Shown: piece after piece, positions 41,104 to 52,291 of the stretch
Layout: the number at the start of each line of letters is the position of its first letter
Position numbering within the stretch: the first letter of the stretch is position 1
Assembly: GCA_034530875.2 (NCBI GenBank)
Contig: JAVRCJ020000025.1
Span: 1 to 64,000, forward strand
Reading direction: 5' to 3'
DNA: 64,000 nt
Origin: Nostoc sp. DedSLP01
GTDB taxonomy: Bacteria; Cyanobacteriota; Cyanobacteriia; Cyanobacteriales; Nostocaceae
Made by a program: the position numbers and the translations under genes
The notes under the pieces: generated by a model
The model's database searches: none
Told to the model about the DNA's origin: nothing
What the model saw: only the letters and a program-made list of their open reading frames with translations

Positions 41104-42303
41104 ATGTCTTCTCAAACCACTAATGTATTAGAAGCAGGGCGCATATATAGAAGTATAGGCGCAATACCACCCCATCTGTTACGTGCAGATATCTATCGTG
41201 CTTGGGAAAGATCGCACCTCCAAGGAGCTAACCCTCATACTTTACAAGCAGAAAGGCTATCAAGTTTAGATACAGAACGTTTGTTAGAAAAACACAGTTA
41301 TTTGCTCAACGCAGTCCGTCCTTACTTCCGAATACTATCACAGGCAGCGGGGAGGGAGCGTCACGCAGTAATGTTAAGCAATCATGAGGCTATTTTACTG
41401 GATGTAATTGGAGATGAGCAGACTATACATGGCCCAGAACCATTTCCTCTACCTGGGGCGCTACTATCAGAATCTGTAGCTGGTGCTAATGGAATTGGCA
41501 CAACACTAGCTGAAGAAAGCTACACGGAAATTATCGCAGCAGAGCATTTTATTGATGGGTTTTACCCATTTACTTGTCAGGGAACTCCTTTGCGTAATGA
41601 CAAAGGGGAAATTGTCGGAGTCTTTAGTATTTCAGTACGCAATCAAGATACAGGACAGCGCCTAAAAGAAATATTACTATGTGCTTCCCACGGAATTGAA
41701 GCAGAATTTTTAGTAGCTAGCCTCGAGAAAAATGTTCGCGACGTACTAGCATCAAATCCTGATGACTATGAGCCATTAGAAAACCTACGTCAAGATATTA
41801 TTCAAGCGCATCAGGCAACACGGTTGCAACTTGAAATTATATCTCGAATGCTAGCTGTTAACACTTTAGATTATGCGATGCAATTGCTTCAACAAGCAGA
41901 GAAATCAATTCAGATATTTCGTAGTCGTGCTAAAGTCTGGCGTGATTTAGCATCTTTAGAACGCAGTACACCCCAACTTTTGGTACTTACTGATGTTGTG
42001 CAGGATTTAGTCGATCTTCTCTCAACTGAAGCTGCGATTCGGAAGATTGAAATTGTCATACATTTTTCAGACCCAGTTATAGTATTAGCTGATTTACAAA
42101 ATCTTTTACGTCAGCTGTTTAGTTATTTTGTATATGCTTTTGAGACTGCCAATAAAGGCGGAACAGTAGAAGTGGAAGTAATTAAAATACTGCATTCGGA
42201 ATTGGTACAAGTGATTTTTCGCTCAATTCCAGGATTAAATCTTTCTCAAGCAGATTTGACTTCGTATATTTTTACCTTACCTACAGCAAAAAAGAGACTA
42301 TGA
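41104..42303 (+). CDS. AcoR-type GAF sensor fused to a degenerate histidine-kinase module
   Basis: IYRAWERS...ESVAGANGIGT...EHF...FTC..PL.NDKGEIVG matches the N-terminal GAF of AcoR-like activators. The C-terminus is HATPase-like but lacks N/G boxes. Confidence 0.7.
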   Translation: MSSQTTNVLEAGRIYRSIGAIPPHLLRADIYRAWERSHLQGANPHTLQAERLSSLDTERLLEKHSYLLNAVRPYFRILSQAAGRERHAVMLSNHEAILLDVIGDEQTIHGPEPFPLPGALLSESVAGANGIGTTLAEESYTEIIAAEHFIDGFYPFTCQGTPLRNDKGEIVGVFSISVRNQDTGQRLKEILLCASHGIEAEFLVASLEKNVRDVLASNPDDYEPLENLRQDIIQAHQATRLQLEIISRMLAVNTLDYAMQLLQQAEKSIQIFRSRAKVWRDLASLERSTPQLLVLTDVVQDLVDLLSTEAAIRKIEIVIHFSDPVIVLADLQNLLRQLFSYFVYAFETANKGGTVEVEVIKILHSELVQVIFRSIPGLNLSQADLTSYIFTLPTAKKRL

Positions 42304-42689
42304 CAACTCAAAATTTACTCAGGCGTACAGTACTGATTGCAGATGATGATAACGATAGTCGTGTTCTACTTGCTTTCTTACTCGAACAAGAAGGCTGGGA
42401 AGTAAAACAAGCAAAAGATGGTAGAGAAGCTTTAGAAAAAGTGTTTCAGGAACAACCAGATTTATTAATTTTAGATCACAGGATGCCTGAATTTACGGGA
42501 ACTGAAGTATATCATCACATCCAAAAGCGAGGAATTAGTTTAACAATTATATTGGTTACGGCTTATGGATGTTTAGAGGAATTATCGTCATCTTTAGGTA
42601 TTTCGTATTTTGTCAGTAAACCATTTGATATTCCAGATTTCCTGAATATTATTGAGTGTGCCTATAAAAAATCTCTTGAGCTAGTGTAA
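42300..42689 (+). CDS. Single-domain response regulator (CheY-like)
   Basis: LIADDD, LILDHRMP, VTAY and SKPFD; ATGA overlap with the upstream gene. Confidence 0.9.
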   Translation: MTTQNLLRRTVLIADDDNDSRVLLAFLLEQEGWEVKQAKDGREALEKVFQEQPDLLILDHRMPEFTGTEVYHHIQKRGISLTIILVTAYGCLEELSSSLGISYFVSKPFDIPDFLNIIECAYKKSLELV

Positions 42690-42774
42690 AAGAAACTCGC
42701 ATCTGTGGTTTCACTCATGCCAATTTCTTGAATCATCTGCTAGAGATGCTAAAGGTTTACTCTTAATATAAGAA

Positions 42775-44304
42775 ATGCTTGCTAGAGTCTGGAGTGCATC
42801 AATTGTCGGTATCGATGCCGTCAAAGTAGGCGTAGAAGTCGATGTGTCAGGAGGATTACCAGGAATTGTTGTCTTGGGACTTCCAGATTCGGCGATTCAG
42901 GAATCCAAAGAGAGAGTTAAGGCGACGCTGAAGAATGCTGGTTTTGCCTTTCCTATGCGGAAAATTGTAATTAATTTAACTCCGGCAGATTTACGCAAGG
43001 AAGGCCCCTGTTTCGACTTACCTATTAGTGTAGGGATTTTGGCCGCTTCTGAGCAAATTAGCGGCGATCTGTTAGGGGATTATTTGTTTTTAGGTGAAGT
43101 CTCTCTTGATGGCACCTTGCGCGCGGTGGCTGGTGTATTGCCGATCGCTGCTGCTGCTGAAAAAATGGGAATTACAGGTTTAGTTCTCCCTGCTGATAAT
43201 GCCCAAGAAGCCGCAGTTGTTGAAGGTTTGGCTGTTTATGGCTGCCAACATCTTTCTGATGTGGTGGACTTTTTAAATAATCCAGGACGTTACAAACCTG
43301 TGCTGGTCGATGTTACAAAGGAAGCAAGTACAAGATATCATTATAGCACAGATTTACAAGATGTTAAAGGACAGACTCATGCGCGTCGTGCTTTAGAAAT
43401 TGCTGCTGCTGGAGGACACAACTTGATATTTGTCGGGCCTCCTGGTAGCGGGAAAACCATGTTAGCGCGGCGCTTACCGGGAATTTTGCCACCTTTGAGT
43501 TTTGCTGAATCTTTGGAAGTGACTCGCATTCACTCTGTGGCTGGTTTATTGAAAAATCGTGGTTCTTTAGTACGCGATCGCCCTTTTCGCAGTCCCCACC
43601 ATTCAGCTTCCGGCCCTTCTTTGGTAGGTGGCGGTAGTTTCCCCCGTCCTGGCGAAATATCATTATCCCACAATGGGATCTTATTCATGGACGAATTAAC
43701 AGAATTTAAACGTGATGTTTTAGAGTTTCTGCGCCAACCTTTAGAAGATGGTTTCGTGACGATTTCCCGCACCAAATTATCAGTCATGTTTCCCGCACAG
43801 TTTACTTTGGTGGCGAGTACTAATCCCTGTCCTTGCGGTTACTATGGCGATACTATCCAACAGTGTACTTGTTCTCCTCGGCAACGCGAGCAATACTGGG
43901 CAAAACTTTCCGGGCCGTTGATGGATCGAATTGATTTACAAGTGGCGGTGAATCGCTTAAAACCAGAAGAAATTACCCAACAGCCTACCGGAGAAGCGTC
44001 AATATCGGTACGCCAACGAGTAGAACAAGCACGCGATCGCGCAATTAGCCGTTTTCAAACAGAAGCAAATCTGCGTTGCAATGCCCAAATGCAGAGTAGC
44101 CATCTGCAAAAATGGTGCAAGCTAGATGATGCTAGCCGTAATTTATTAGAAGCTGCAATTAGAAAATTAGGCTTATCAGCAAGAGCAAGCGATCGCATTC
44201 TCAAAGTAGCACGAACAATTGCAGATTTAGCGGCAGAAGAAGAGCTACAACCTAATCATGTAGCAGAAGCAATTCAATATCGCACAATTGATAGAATGCA
44301 ATAA
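42775..44304 (+). CDS. comM: YifB/ComM family Mg-chelatase-like AAA ATPase
   Basis: INLTPADLRKEG, GPPGSGKTM, FRSPHHSAS, NPCPCG and ARTIADL. Confidence 0.92.
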   Translation: MLARVWSASIVGIDAVKVGVEVDVSGGLPGIVVLGLPDSAIQESKERVKATLKNAGFAFPMRKIVINLTPADLRKEGPCFDLPISVGILAASEQISGDLLGDYLFLGEVSLDGTLRAVAGVLPIAAAAEKMGITGLVLPADNAQEAAVVEGLAVYGCQHLSDVVDFLNNPGRYKPVLVDVTKEASTRYHYSTDLQDVKGQTHARRALEIAAAGGHNLIFVGPPGSGKTMLARRLPGILPPLSFAESLEVTRIHSVAGLLKNRGSLVRDRPFRSPHHSASGPSLVGGGSFPRPGEISLSHNGILFMDELTEFKRDVLEFLRQPLEDGFVTISRTKLSVMFPAQFTLVASTNPCPCGYYGDTIQQCTCSPRQREQYWAKLSGPLMDRIDLQVAVNRLKPEEITQQPTGEASISVRQRVEQARDRAISRFQTEANLRCNAQMQSSHLQKWCKLDDASRNLLEAAIRKLGLSARASDRILKVARTIADLAAEEELQPNHVAEAIQYRTIDRMQ

Positions 44305-45041
44305 TAATAAGAACCCTCACTCATATCATTCATGGCTGAAGTCAGCTGTTAAGTTTAGTTATTTTGATGAATTCACTAACGATATTCATATCTTTGTTCA
44401 ATAGCGTAATAGCCTTCGGAAAAAATCACTATAAGCATCAATCAAAGTATTCCTACTTAGATTCGTAGTGAGTAATGTAAAGAATATGCAAAGATATGTC
44501 TTGCAAACAAAGACATCTAAGTAAATAAGCTAGTATATGGATAGTGTTCGGTTATTTAGATGTTCTCTATTTTTAAAGTAGATATCTAAATATAATTGCC
44601 CACAAGGAGGGTATAGAAATCTCTTTCCCAAGCCACAGTGGACTGTTCCCTTTTTCAAGCTATTAGGACTTAGGCATTAACAAAAACTAAATATGAAGGC
44701 TGGTTTTTATCCATTAAAGCTCGCTTTTTTAATCTTTGTTAGCTAGAAGAAATCAGCGAACAAAGGTGATTAAAAAAGCTTGAGATGACTCGTTGTCTTA
44801 AATACACAAGTTGAGTAATTTGTATAGTGCTTAAGACGTAGATATTTCTGACAAAGTTGGATAGCTACCACATAAAAACTAGCTAAAAGTGAAATATTGA
44901 AAAATTTAATATTTTTCAATGTTTGGCTACAAAATATGCCGAAAACGTCAAATTTCGGCGAATTTTTGTGTCCGAAAATAACACAAATAGCAACTTGAGA
45001 ACTGAAGTAACAGCAAAAAATCCATTTAGGTAGGTAAAGTT

Positions 45042-47399
45042 ATGGCAAATATCACTGGAACCAACAGGAATGATACCCTGCTAGGCACTAACAGCGAAGA
45101 CACAATTAAGGGTCTAGGGGGGAACGATACCATCACAGGCAAACAGGGCTACGACACCTTAACTGGTGGCGATGGCAAAGATATATTTGTTTACAACCTT
45201 GGTGACGGCATAGATACCATTACTGATTTTGGTGGAGTAGGTAAAAGCACAAATCCTTCAGCAGCAGTCATTGCCAAAGTCGATACCATGAAATTCGTAG
45301 GCGCTGGGTTGACTCCCCAAAATTTGCTGCTCATTCAGGAGGGTAAAAATTTAACAATCGGCTTTGAAAGGGTCGCAACACCCATCATTTTGGAGAATTT
45401 TGCCCTGGAAAACCTGGAGAACCTGAGCAAATCTACTGGAGATAGTGTTGACTTGGGCAATATCTTATTTGATGGGCAAACTAGCATTACTGACAGCTTT
45501 GATGTCTTCGATGCTAACTCCACCCAAAGCACGATCTTAAAAAAGAACACAGTCACCTTCCTTAACGACCTCAACAACAATGTCAAAGGTTTTGACAACT
45601 CAGATGATGTCATCAATGGTCAAAGAGGTAATGACATTATTGACGGTAAGAGTGGCAATGACTTTTTGAGGGGTGGTGAGGGGAATGATACTCTCATTGG
45701 TGGTGTGGGGAATGACACCCTCGCTTATGACTATAGTTACTTTGCGGGATTTGAGTATTCCACAACAAGTAAGAACTTACTCTTGGGAGGCGATGGCAAT
45801 GATATTCTCTTTGGTGATGTAGGGGACACCTTGAACGGTGGCAATGGGGATGACACGTTCTATCCTTATCTTGGTCGTCTCTATGGTGGGGATGTCTTGA
45901 TAACTGGTGGCGGCGGCAAAGATAAATTTGTTTTGGAGTTTGGTTATATCGGCAATAGTACGATTACTATCACCGATTTTGGTGGCATTGGTAAAGGCTC
46001 AAAGCCATCAACTGCGGCTCTCGCTTCTTTGGATACCTTGCAATTAAAAGATGATTCAGATTCTATCTTCACTGCCAAAAATCTCCTATTGACTCAAAAT
46101 GCTAAAAACTTAGAAATGAGTTTTGATACGGCGGCATTGAATTCCAAAATCATCCTGCAAAACTTTGCCCTGGAAAACCTAGACAATTTAGCCCAAGTCG
46201 GCAATATTTTGTTTAGTGGGCAAACTAGTATCACGGACAACTTTGATATCTTCGATGCTAACTCTACTCAAAGCACGCCCTCAAAAAAGAACACAGTCAC
46301 CTTCCTTAACGACCTCAACAACAATGTCAAAGGTTTTGACAACTCAGACGATGTTATCAATGGTCAGGGGGGTAATGACATCATTGATGGCAAGAGTGGC
46401 AACGACACTTTGAGAGGCGGTGCGGGGAATGATACTCTCATTGGTGGTACTGATGCCGATGTTCTATCCGATTCAATAGGGAATAATTTACTCTCTGGAG
46501 GCAATGGGAATGATTCTCTCTCTACCTCTGGGGTATTGCAAGGTTTCGCTGTCTGGGGATACTATTTCGGTGGCTATGCGTCTGGCAATAACACTCTCAA
46601 CGGTGGCGCTGGTAATGATTCCTTGACTGCAAACTATTCATCAGGCAATAACTTGCTTTCTGGTGGCGATGGCAATGATACTCTCTCCGCCTCCGGCGCT
46701 TATGATTTTGAAAACTACTTAGTTACCACCTCTGGCAACAATACCCTCAACGGTGGTGCTGGTAACGATTATTTGCGTGCTGATTATTCATCAGGCAATA
46801 ATCTACTCAATGGTGGCGATGGCAATGATACTCTCTCTGCCTCCACTAGCGATTTTAGCTACGGCTACGGAGGCATTGCTACTGTAGGAGATAACACCCT
46901 CAATGGTGGTGCTGGTGACGACACCATAAATATTGACTATTCAAAAGGCGATAATCTACTTGATGGTGGTGATGGCAATGATACTCTCTCTGCCTTTTAT
47001 GCCTCTGGTAAGAACACCCTCAAAGGTGGTAATGGAAATGACATCCTCATAGGTGGGAACGGTAGCGATACTCTTTATGGAGGGAATGGTAAAGATGCCT
47101 TTGTTTTCAATAGTTTCAATGAGAATTTTGATACTATTTATGACTTCAACGCAACTAATGATGTGATTCGGGTATCGGCTGCTGGTTTTAGTGGTGGGTT
47201 ATCAGTACCTTCACTCAAAGCGAATCAGTTTACCATCGGAACATCTGCAACTACTACCACACAGAGATTTATCTACAACGATATTACTGGTGCATTATTT
47301 TTCGACCAAGACGGTAGTGCATCTGCGTTTACTCAGGTAAAATTTGCTTTAGTTACTGCTGGATTGTCGCTAACTGAAAACAATTTTGTGGTTGTTTAA
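45042..47399 (+). CDS. RTX-type calcium-binding secreted protein with internal domain duplication
   Basis: Many GGxGNDxL nonapeptides. A duplicated ~180-aa module shows near-identical DNA at ~45470-45705 and ~46200-46447. The C-terminus is [14 protein letters not shown] type. Confidence 0.9.
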   Translation: MANITGTNRNDTLLGTNSEDTIKGLGGNDTITGKQGYDTLTGGDGKDIFVYNLGDGIDTITDFGGVGKSTNPSAAVIAKVDTMKFVGAGLTPQNLLLIQEGKNLTIGFERVATPIILENFALENLENLSKSTGDSVDLGNILFDGQTSITDSFDVFDANSTQSTILKKNTVTFLNDLNNNVKGFDNSDDVINGQRGNDIIDGKSGNDFLRGGEGNDTLIGGVGNDTLAYDYSYFAGFEYSTTSKNLLLGGDGNDILFGDVGDTLNGGNGDDTFYPYLGRLYGGDVLITGGGGKDKFVLEFGYIGNSTITITDFGGIGKGSKPSTAALASLDTLQLKDDSDSIFTAKNLLLTQNAKNLEMSFDTAALNSKIILQNFALENLDNLAQVGNILFSGQTSITDNFDIFDANSTQSTPSKKNTVTFLNDLNNNVKGFDNSDDVINGQGGNDIIDGKSGNDTLRGGAGNDTLIGGTDADVLSDSIGNNLLSGGNGNDSLSTSGVLQGFAVWGYYFGGYASGNNTLNGGAGNDSLTANYSSGNNLLSGGDGNDTLSASGAYDFENYLVTTSGNNTLNGGAGNDYLRADYSSGNNLLNGGDGNDTLSASTSDFSYGYGGIATVGDNTLNGGAGDDTINIDYSKGDNLLDGGDGNDTLSAFYASGKNTLKGGNGNDILIGGNGSDTLYGGNGKDAFVFNSFNENFDTIYDFNATNDVIRVSAAGFSGGLSVPSLKANQFTIGTSATTTTQRFIYNDITGALFFDQDGSASAFTQVKFALVTAGLSLTENNFVVV

Positions 47400-47425
47400 T
47401 TTAACTCCACGCTTTTTGCTTAGGG

Positions 47426-47451
47426 AAAAGGGAGGCGATCGCCTCCCTTTT
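47426..47451. terminator. Bidirectional terminator centred on a HIP1 site
   Basis: Perfect palindrome AAAAGGGAGGCGATCGCCTCCCTTTT between convergent genes. Confidence 0.7.
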
Positions 47452-47495
47452 TCATCCAAAAGTGTAAAATTTAATACACTACATCATGATTTTTG

Positions 47496-49157
47496 TCAAC
47501 TAGAAGCTTTGACTGGTATCTCGGCTTGGGAGTGCAAAAACAAACCATATTCCAAGCCCTCCACCACAGCTTGATAGGACGCTTCCAAAATGTTGGTAGA
47601 GACTCCTACCGTTGTCCAGCGTTGATGGCCATTACCCGATTCCACCAACACCCGTGTTTTTGCAGCCGTGCCGGTATGTCCGTTGAGAATCCGCACTTTG
47701 TAGTCTGTCAAATCAAAAGTTGCAATTTGCGGATAAAAATTCACCAAAGCCTTACGTAAAGCTGCATCCAACGCCGCAACCGGGCCGTTACCTTCCGCTG
47801 CTTCCAAAATATTCTTACCATCGACAGCGACTTTAATTGTGGCTAGGGCGTTGGTAGCTTCTTTCCCTTCAATCAAGTCACAGTGGACTTGAAAACCTTT
47901 GACTTCAAAAAACTTTTGGCGTTCTCCCAAAGCTTCATACATCAACAGCGCAAAACTAGCCTCTGCTGCTTCAAATTGAAATCCTTCATTCTCCAAATCT
48001 TTGATCCGCTGGAGAATTTGCTTCGCCTCTGCCTTTAATTTATCCAATTCAATGCCAAAACTGCGAGCTTTAGCTAAAACATTGCTGAGTCCTGACTGTT
48101 CGGAAATCACGATGCGGCGACGATTCCCCACTTGTTCCGGTTGAATGTGTTCGTAAGTCAGGGGATTACGTTCTACAGCAGATACATGGATACCGCCTTT
48201 ATGTGCAAAAGCCGAACGTCCCACAAAGGGGGCATGTTCGTCAGGAGCAAGATTAACCACCTCACTTACAAAGCGACTAGCTTCTGTAAGTTGTGCTAGC
48301 TGGTCTTCTGTGATACAACTGTAACCGAGTTTAAGTTGTAGATTGGGGATTAACGAACAGAGGTTAGCATTGCCGCAACGTTCACCATAACCGTTAATTG
48401 TGCCTTGTACCATCTTTGCCCCTGCCATCACAGCGGCTATGGCGTTAGCAACCGCCATTTCCGAATCATTATGAGTGTGAATTCCGATTTGGGGTATTGT
48501 CCTTTGCCCTTTATCGTCTGTCATTGTTCCTTGACTAATGACTGATGACAAATGACTAATGACAGTTTCCACAATTTGGCTAACTTCATGGGGCAAAGTA
48601 CCGCCATTGGTATCGCAGAGGACTAGCCACTCAGCACCAGATGCGATCGCTGCCTCCAATGTCTGTAAAGCATAACCTGGATTGTGCTTATAGCCATCAA
48701 ACCAATGTTCGGCATCGTAGATGGCGCGACGTCCTTGAGAACGGAGGTACTCAATTGTGTCGCGAATCATGGCTAAATTTTCTTCTAATGTCGTCTTGAG
48801 TCCGGTTGTGACATGTAAATCCCAAGACTTGCCAAAAATGGTCACCCAGCGAGTTCCGGCAGCCAAAATAGCCTGTAGCATCGGTTCCTCGGCAGCAGAA
48901 GTGTTGGGGCGTCGAGTCGAACAAAAAGCAACAACTTCTGCATGTTTTAGCGGATCTTCTTGGAGTTGCCAGAAAAATTGTACATCCTTAGGATTGGCAC
49001 CGGGCCAACCGCCTTCAATAAAGGGGATTCCCAGTCGATCGAGTCTTTTGGCAATGCGTAACTTATCTTCTATCGATATAGATAGCCCCTCGCGCTGAGT
49101 GCCATCCCGTAGTGTAGTGTCATAGAGCCAAAGTTGAGGTGAGGAAAATGTGGTCAT
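47496..49157 (-). CDS. cimA: Citramalate synthase (alpha-IPM synthase family)
   Basis: YDTTLRDGTQREG, GGWPGANPKD, DAEHWFDG, HTHND and AHKGGIHVSAV. Confidence 0.92.
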   Translation of the reverse strand: MTTFSSPQLWLYDTTLRDGTQREGLSISIEDKLRIAKRLDRLGIPFIEGGWPGANPKDVQFFWQLQEDPLKHAEVVAFCSTRRPNTSAAEEPMLQAILAAGTRWVTIFGKSWDLHVTTGLKTTLEENLAMIRDTIEYLRSQGRRAIYDAEHWFDGYKHNPGYALQTLEAAIASGAEWLVLCDTNGGTLPHEVSQIVETVISHLSSVISQGTMTDDKGQRTIPQIGIHTHNDSEMAVANAIAAVMAGAKMVQGTINGYGERCGNANLCSLIPNLQLKLGYSCITEDQLAQLTEASRFVSEVVNLAPDEHAPFVGRSAFAHKGGIHVSAVERNPLTYEHIQPEQVGNRRRIVISEQSGLSNVLAKARSFGIELDKLKAEAKQILQRIKDLENEGFQFEAAEASFALLMYEALGERQKFFEVKGFQVHCDLIEGKEATNALATIKVAVDGKNILEAAEGNGPVAALDAALRKALVNFYPQIATFDLTDYKVRILNGHTGTAAKTRVLVESGNGHQRWTTVGVSTNILEASYQAVVEGLEYGLFLHSQAEIPVKASS

Positions 49158-49233
49158 AAAACTTGGACCGACGAGACAACTTTCGAGGCAATATGTCAAT
49201 ATACAACAAAAAGCCAGTTTGGCAATTTAAAAA

Positions 49234-49572
49234 ATGCCTAAGGTACTAGCTCAAGGTAAAACAATTGAGTGCAAACAAGGAAGCAATCTTCGCCAAATCT
49301 TGCTACAAAATGGTATTGACCTCTACAATGACGGTGCTAAGGTAATCAACTGTCGGGGTATTGGCAGTTGTGGGACTTGCGCGGTTAAGGTAGAGGGCGA
49401 AGTATCGGCAGCGAATTGGCGGGATCGAACGCGTCGTTCGCTTCCTCCCCATTCTCCAACAACAAACTTACGTTTAGCTTGCCAAACGCAGATTTTAGGC
49501 GACGTAAATGTGACAAAATTTGATGGGTTTTGGGGACAAGGTTCTCGTATAGTGTGGACACCAAAAGGTTAA
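49234..49572 (+). CDS. 2Fe-2S ferredoxin-like protein
   Basis: NCRGIGSCGTC...RLACQ. Confidence 0.9.
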   Translation: MPKVLAQGKTIECKQGSNLRQILLQNGIDLYNDGAKVINCRGIGSCGTCAVKVEGEVSAANWRDRTRRSLPPHSPTTNLRLACQTQILGDVNVTKFDGFWGQGSRIVWTPKG

Positions 49573-49588
49573 AAAGGAGTAAAACAAC

Positions 49589-49966
49589 ATGGGTAGATGG
49601 ACACCCTTAATATTAATGGCTGGAGGTTTAGCCATTTTGCTTGGTACGTTACTAGGCATTAATTTTCCTATGGGCGTACAAACCGCCAATAATCCCGGCG
49701 GTAAAGCTGCCAAAGTCTTGCCAGCTAATATTAATGTTAATAGCGGCGCTGGCAGTCAGAACAATGAAAGCGCAACTGAGGAAACTGAAGCAAACCAAAC
49801 AGATGCAAACCCAAACAGACGCTCTATTGTAGCTCCTAGACCTAACGACAGGAGCAGTGTCGCTCAAAATCCTTCTGACAGTACCACAGATACTGATACA
49901 GATGCATCTGGAACGGACACGCCATCAACCAATTCCGGCACAGAACCAATTCGAGCTTTGTGGTAA
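49589..49966 (+). CDS. Hypothetical membrane-anchored protein ending in PIRALW
   Basis: N-terminal TM helix, a disordered S/T/N/D linker and a short terminal motif. Confidence 0.7.
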   Translation: MGRWTPLILMAGGLAILLGTLLGINFPMGVQTANNPGGKAAKVLPANINVNSGAGSQNNESATEETEANQTDANPNRRSIVAPRPNDRSSVAQNPSDSTTDTDTDASGTDTPSTNSGTEPIRALW

Positions 49967-50058
49967 AGGTTGCTAGTCTTTAGTTATTCCTTTATTAGTT
50001 ATGATTTATTAGTCATGCACTAATGCTCAATAGCTAATGAGCAATGACTAAATGACTA

Positions 50059-52092
50059 ATGACTAGTGAAATTGTAATTATTGGTGGCGGCGTTATTGGT
50101 TTAGCGATCGCCATTGAACTTAAACTGCGCGGGACAAATGTCACCGTGCTTTGTCGTGATTTCCAGGCTGCTGCTACCCATGCTGCCGCCGGGATGTTAG
50201 CACCAGATGCCGAAAAAATCCCGGATGGCGCAATGCGTTCCTTGTGTTGGCGATCGCGTGCTTTATACGCCGACTGGACGCGTAAACTAGAAGAATTAAC
50301 AGGCTTAAATACTGGCTATTGGCCTTGTGGTATCCTCACACCCGTTTTTGAAGAGGCAGGGGGGCAGGGGGCACGGGGCAAGGAGGAAAATGAAAAATTA
50401 CCTCTTTCCCCTCTGCTGCCTGCTCCCTGCTCCCCATCCCCCTCATCCCCTGCTTACTGGTTAGACAAACAAGCAATCCATCAATATCAGCCAGGATTGG
50501 GAGCAGAAGTAGTTGGTGGCTGGTGGTATCCGGAAGATGCACAAGTTGATAATAAGGCTTTAGCTCAAGTACTCTGGGCGGCGGCCGAGTCTATTGGTGT
50601 TGAACTCAAAGACGGCATTACAGTAGAAGCATTTTTACAGCAACAGGGACAAGTTGTTGGCGTACAAACCAATGCTGGCGTAATTCGCGGCGCCCACTAT
50701 GTTTTAGCTTCAGGTGCTTGGGCAAGCCAGTTGTTACCATTACCAGTGCGTCCCCGAAAAGGGCAAATGTTGAGTGTGAAAGTACCGGAATTTGTACCGG
50801 AATTGCCTTTGCAGCGGATTTTATTTGGCGAAAATATTTATATTGTACCGAGACGCGATCGCTCGATAATTATTGGGGCAACAAGCGAAGATGTTGGTTT
50901 TACACCCCATAACACCCCAGACGGCATTCAAACATTGCTACAAGCTGCCATCAGGGCGTATCCGCAATTAAAGGATTACCCCATCCAACAATTTTGGTGG
51001 GGATTTCGCCCAGCGACTCCCGACGAATTACCCATTCTGGGCAGCAGCCATTGTCAAAATTTAACCCTTGCTACCGGTCATTACCGCAACGGAATTTTAC
51101 TTGCGCCCGTAACAGCAGCATTGATTGCTGATTTTATCTTGGAACAAAAATCTGACCCCCTACTTGCCGATTTCCATTACTCACGCTTCCATTCTCAGTC
51201 ATCTACCCGCACGCCAATGCTCACTCACTCTGCCAATTTTTCCAACGGACACCTTACCGCAGACGCGATGAATCTAGACGCGATGAATCGCGTCTCTACA
51301 AATTCGGGACTCACCATCGCAGGGAAAACTTTCCAATCCCGCTTAATGACGGGAACTGGGAAGTATCGCACCATCGAAGAAATGCAGCAAAGCATCGCGG
51401 CTAGTGAGTGCGAAATTGTTACCGTAGCCGTGCGACGAGTACAAACTAAGGCTGCTGGACACGAAGGTTTAGCAGAAGCCTTGGATTGGACAAAAATCTG
51501 GATGTTGCCTAATACCGCAGGTTGTCAAACTGCCGAAGAAGCGATTCGGGTTGCCCGTTTGGGGCGAGAAATGGCGAAATTGTTGGGACAGGAAGATAAT
51601 AATTTCGTGAAGTTAGAAGTCATACCCGACCCTAAATATTTACTTCCAGACCCCATCGGCACGCTAGAAGCAGCAGAACAGCTAGTAAAAGAAGGTTTTG
51701 CAGTGTTGCCCTACATCAACGCTGACCCAATGTTAGCCAAGCGATTGGAAGATGTAGGCTGTGCGACGGTGATGCCTTTAGCATCGCCTATTGGTTCTGG
51801 ACAAGGACTGAAAACTACCGCCAATATCCAAATCATCATCGAAAATGCCCGCATACCAGTGGTAGTTGATGCTGGGATTGGTTCGCCCTCAGAAGCAGCC
51901 CAGGCAATGGAATTGGGAGCAGACGCCTTGTTGATTAATAGTGCGATCGCCCTGGCTCAAAACCCCGCAGCAATGGCTCGGGCGATGAATTTGGCAACAG
52001 TCGCCGGCCGTCTAGCATACCTTGCTGGCAGAATGCCCATCAAAGACTACGCCAGCGCTAGTTCGCCGCTGACTGGGACGATTACTAGTTAG
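50059..52092 (+). CDS. thiG: Fused glycine oxidase ThiO / thiazole synthase ThiG
   Basis: [14 protein letters not shown] and [10 protein letters not shown] (ThiO), followed by [22 protein letters not shown] and VVDAGIG (ThiG). Confidence 0.95.
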   Translation: MTSEIVIIGGGVIGLAIAIELKLRGTNVTVLCRDFQAAATHAAAGMLAPDAEKIPDGAMRSLCWRSRALYADWTRKLEELTGLNTGYWPCGILTPVFEEAGGQGARGKEENEKLPLSPLLPAPCSPSPSSPAYWLDKQAIHQYQPGLGAEVVGGWWYPEDAQVDNKALAQVLWAAAESIGVELKDGITVEAFLQQQGQVVGVQTNAGVIRGAHYVLASGAWASQLLPLPVRPRKGQMLSVKVPEFVPELPLQRILFGENIYIVPRRDRSIIIGATSEDVGFTPHNTPDGIQTLLQAAIRAYPQLKDYPIQQFWWGFRPATPDELPILGSSHCQNLTLATGHYRNGILLAPVTAALIADFILEQKSDPLLADFHYSRFHSQSSTRTPMLTHSANFSNGHLTADAMNLDAMNRVSTNSGLTIAGKTFQSRLMTGTGKYRTIEEMQQSIAASECEIVTVAVRRVQTKAAGHEGLAEALDWTKIWMLPNTAGCQTAEEAIRVARLGREMAKLLGQEDNNFVKLEVIPDPKYLLPDPIGTLEAAEQLVKEGFAVLPYINADPMLAKRLEDVGCATVMPLASPIGSGQGLKTTANIQIIIENARIPVVVDAGIGSPSEAAQAMELGADALLINSAIALAQNPAAMARAMNLATVAGRLAYLAGRMPIKDYASASSPLTGTITS

Positions 52093-52291
52093 CAAATCAG
52101 GCATTGGGCAAAGGGCAAGGGGCAAAGGGCAAAGGAAATAACCCTACCTTTTCACTTTCCCCTTTCACCTTTCACATGCATCCCCTATTTTTACCCCTTT
52201 CCCCTTTATGTAACGATTTGTCTAACAATTTCAGACCGTTACTACCAGTTATGTAACATTAAATGAAGAATAAAGACAAAGGAATTAATTC

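Noticed and set aside
45042..47399. RTX internal repeats as a diversity-generating retroelement TR/VR pair
   Set aside because: There is no reverse transcriptase in the window, and the differences between repeats are not adenine-specific.
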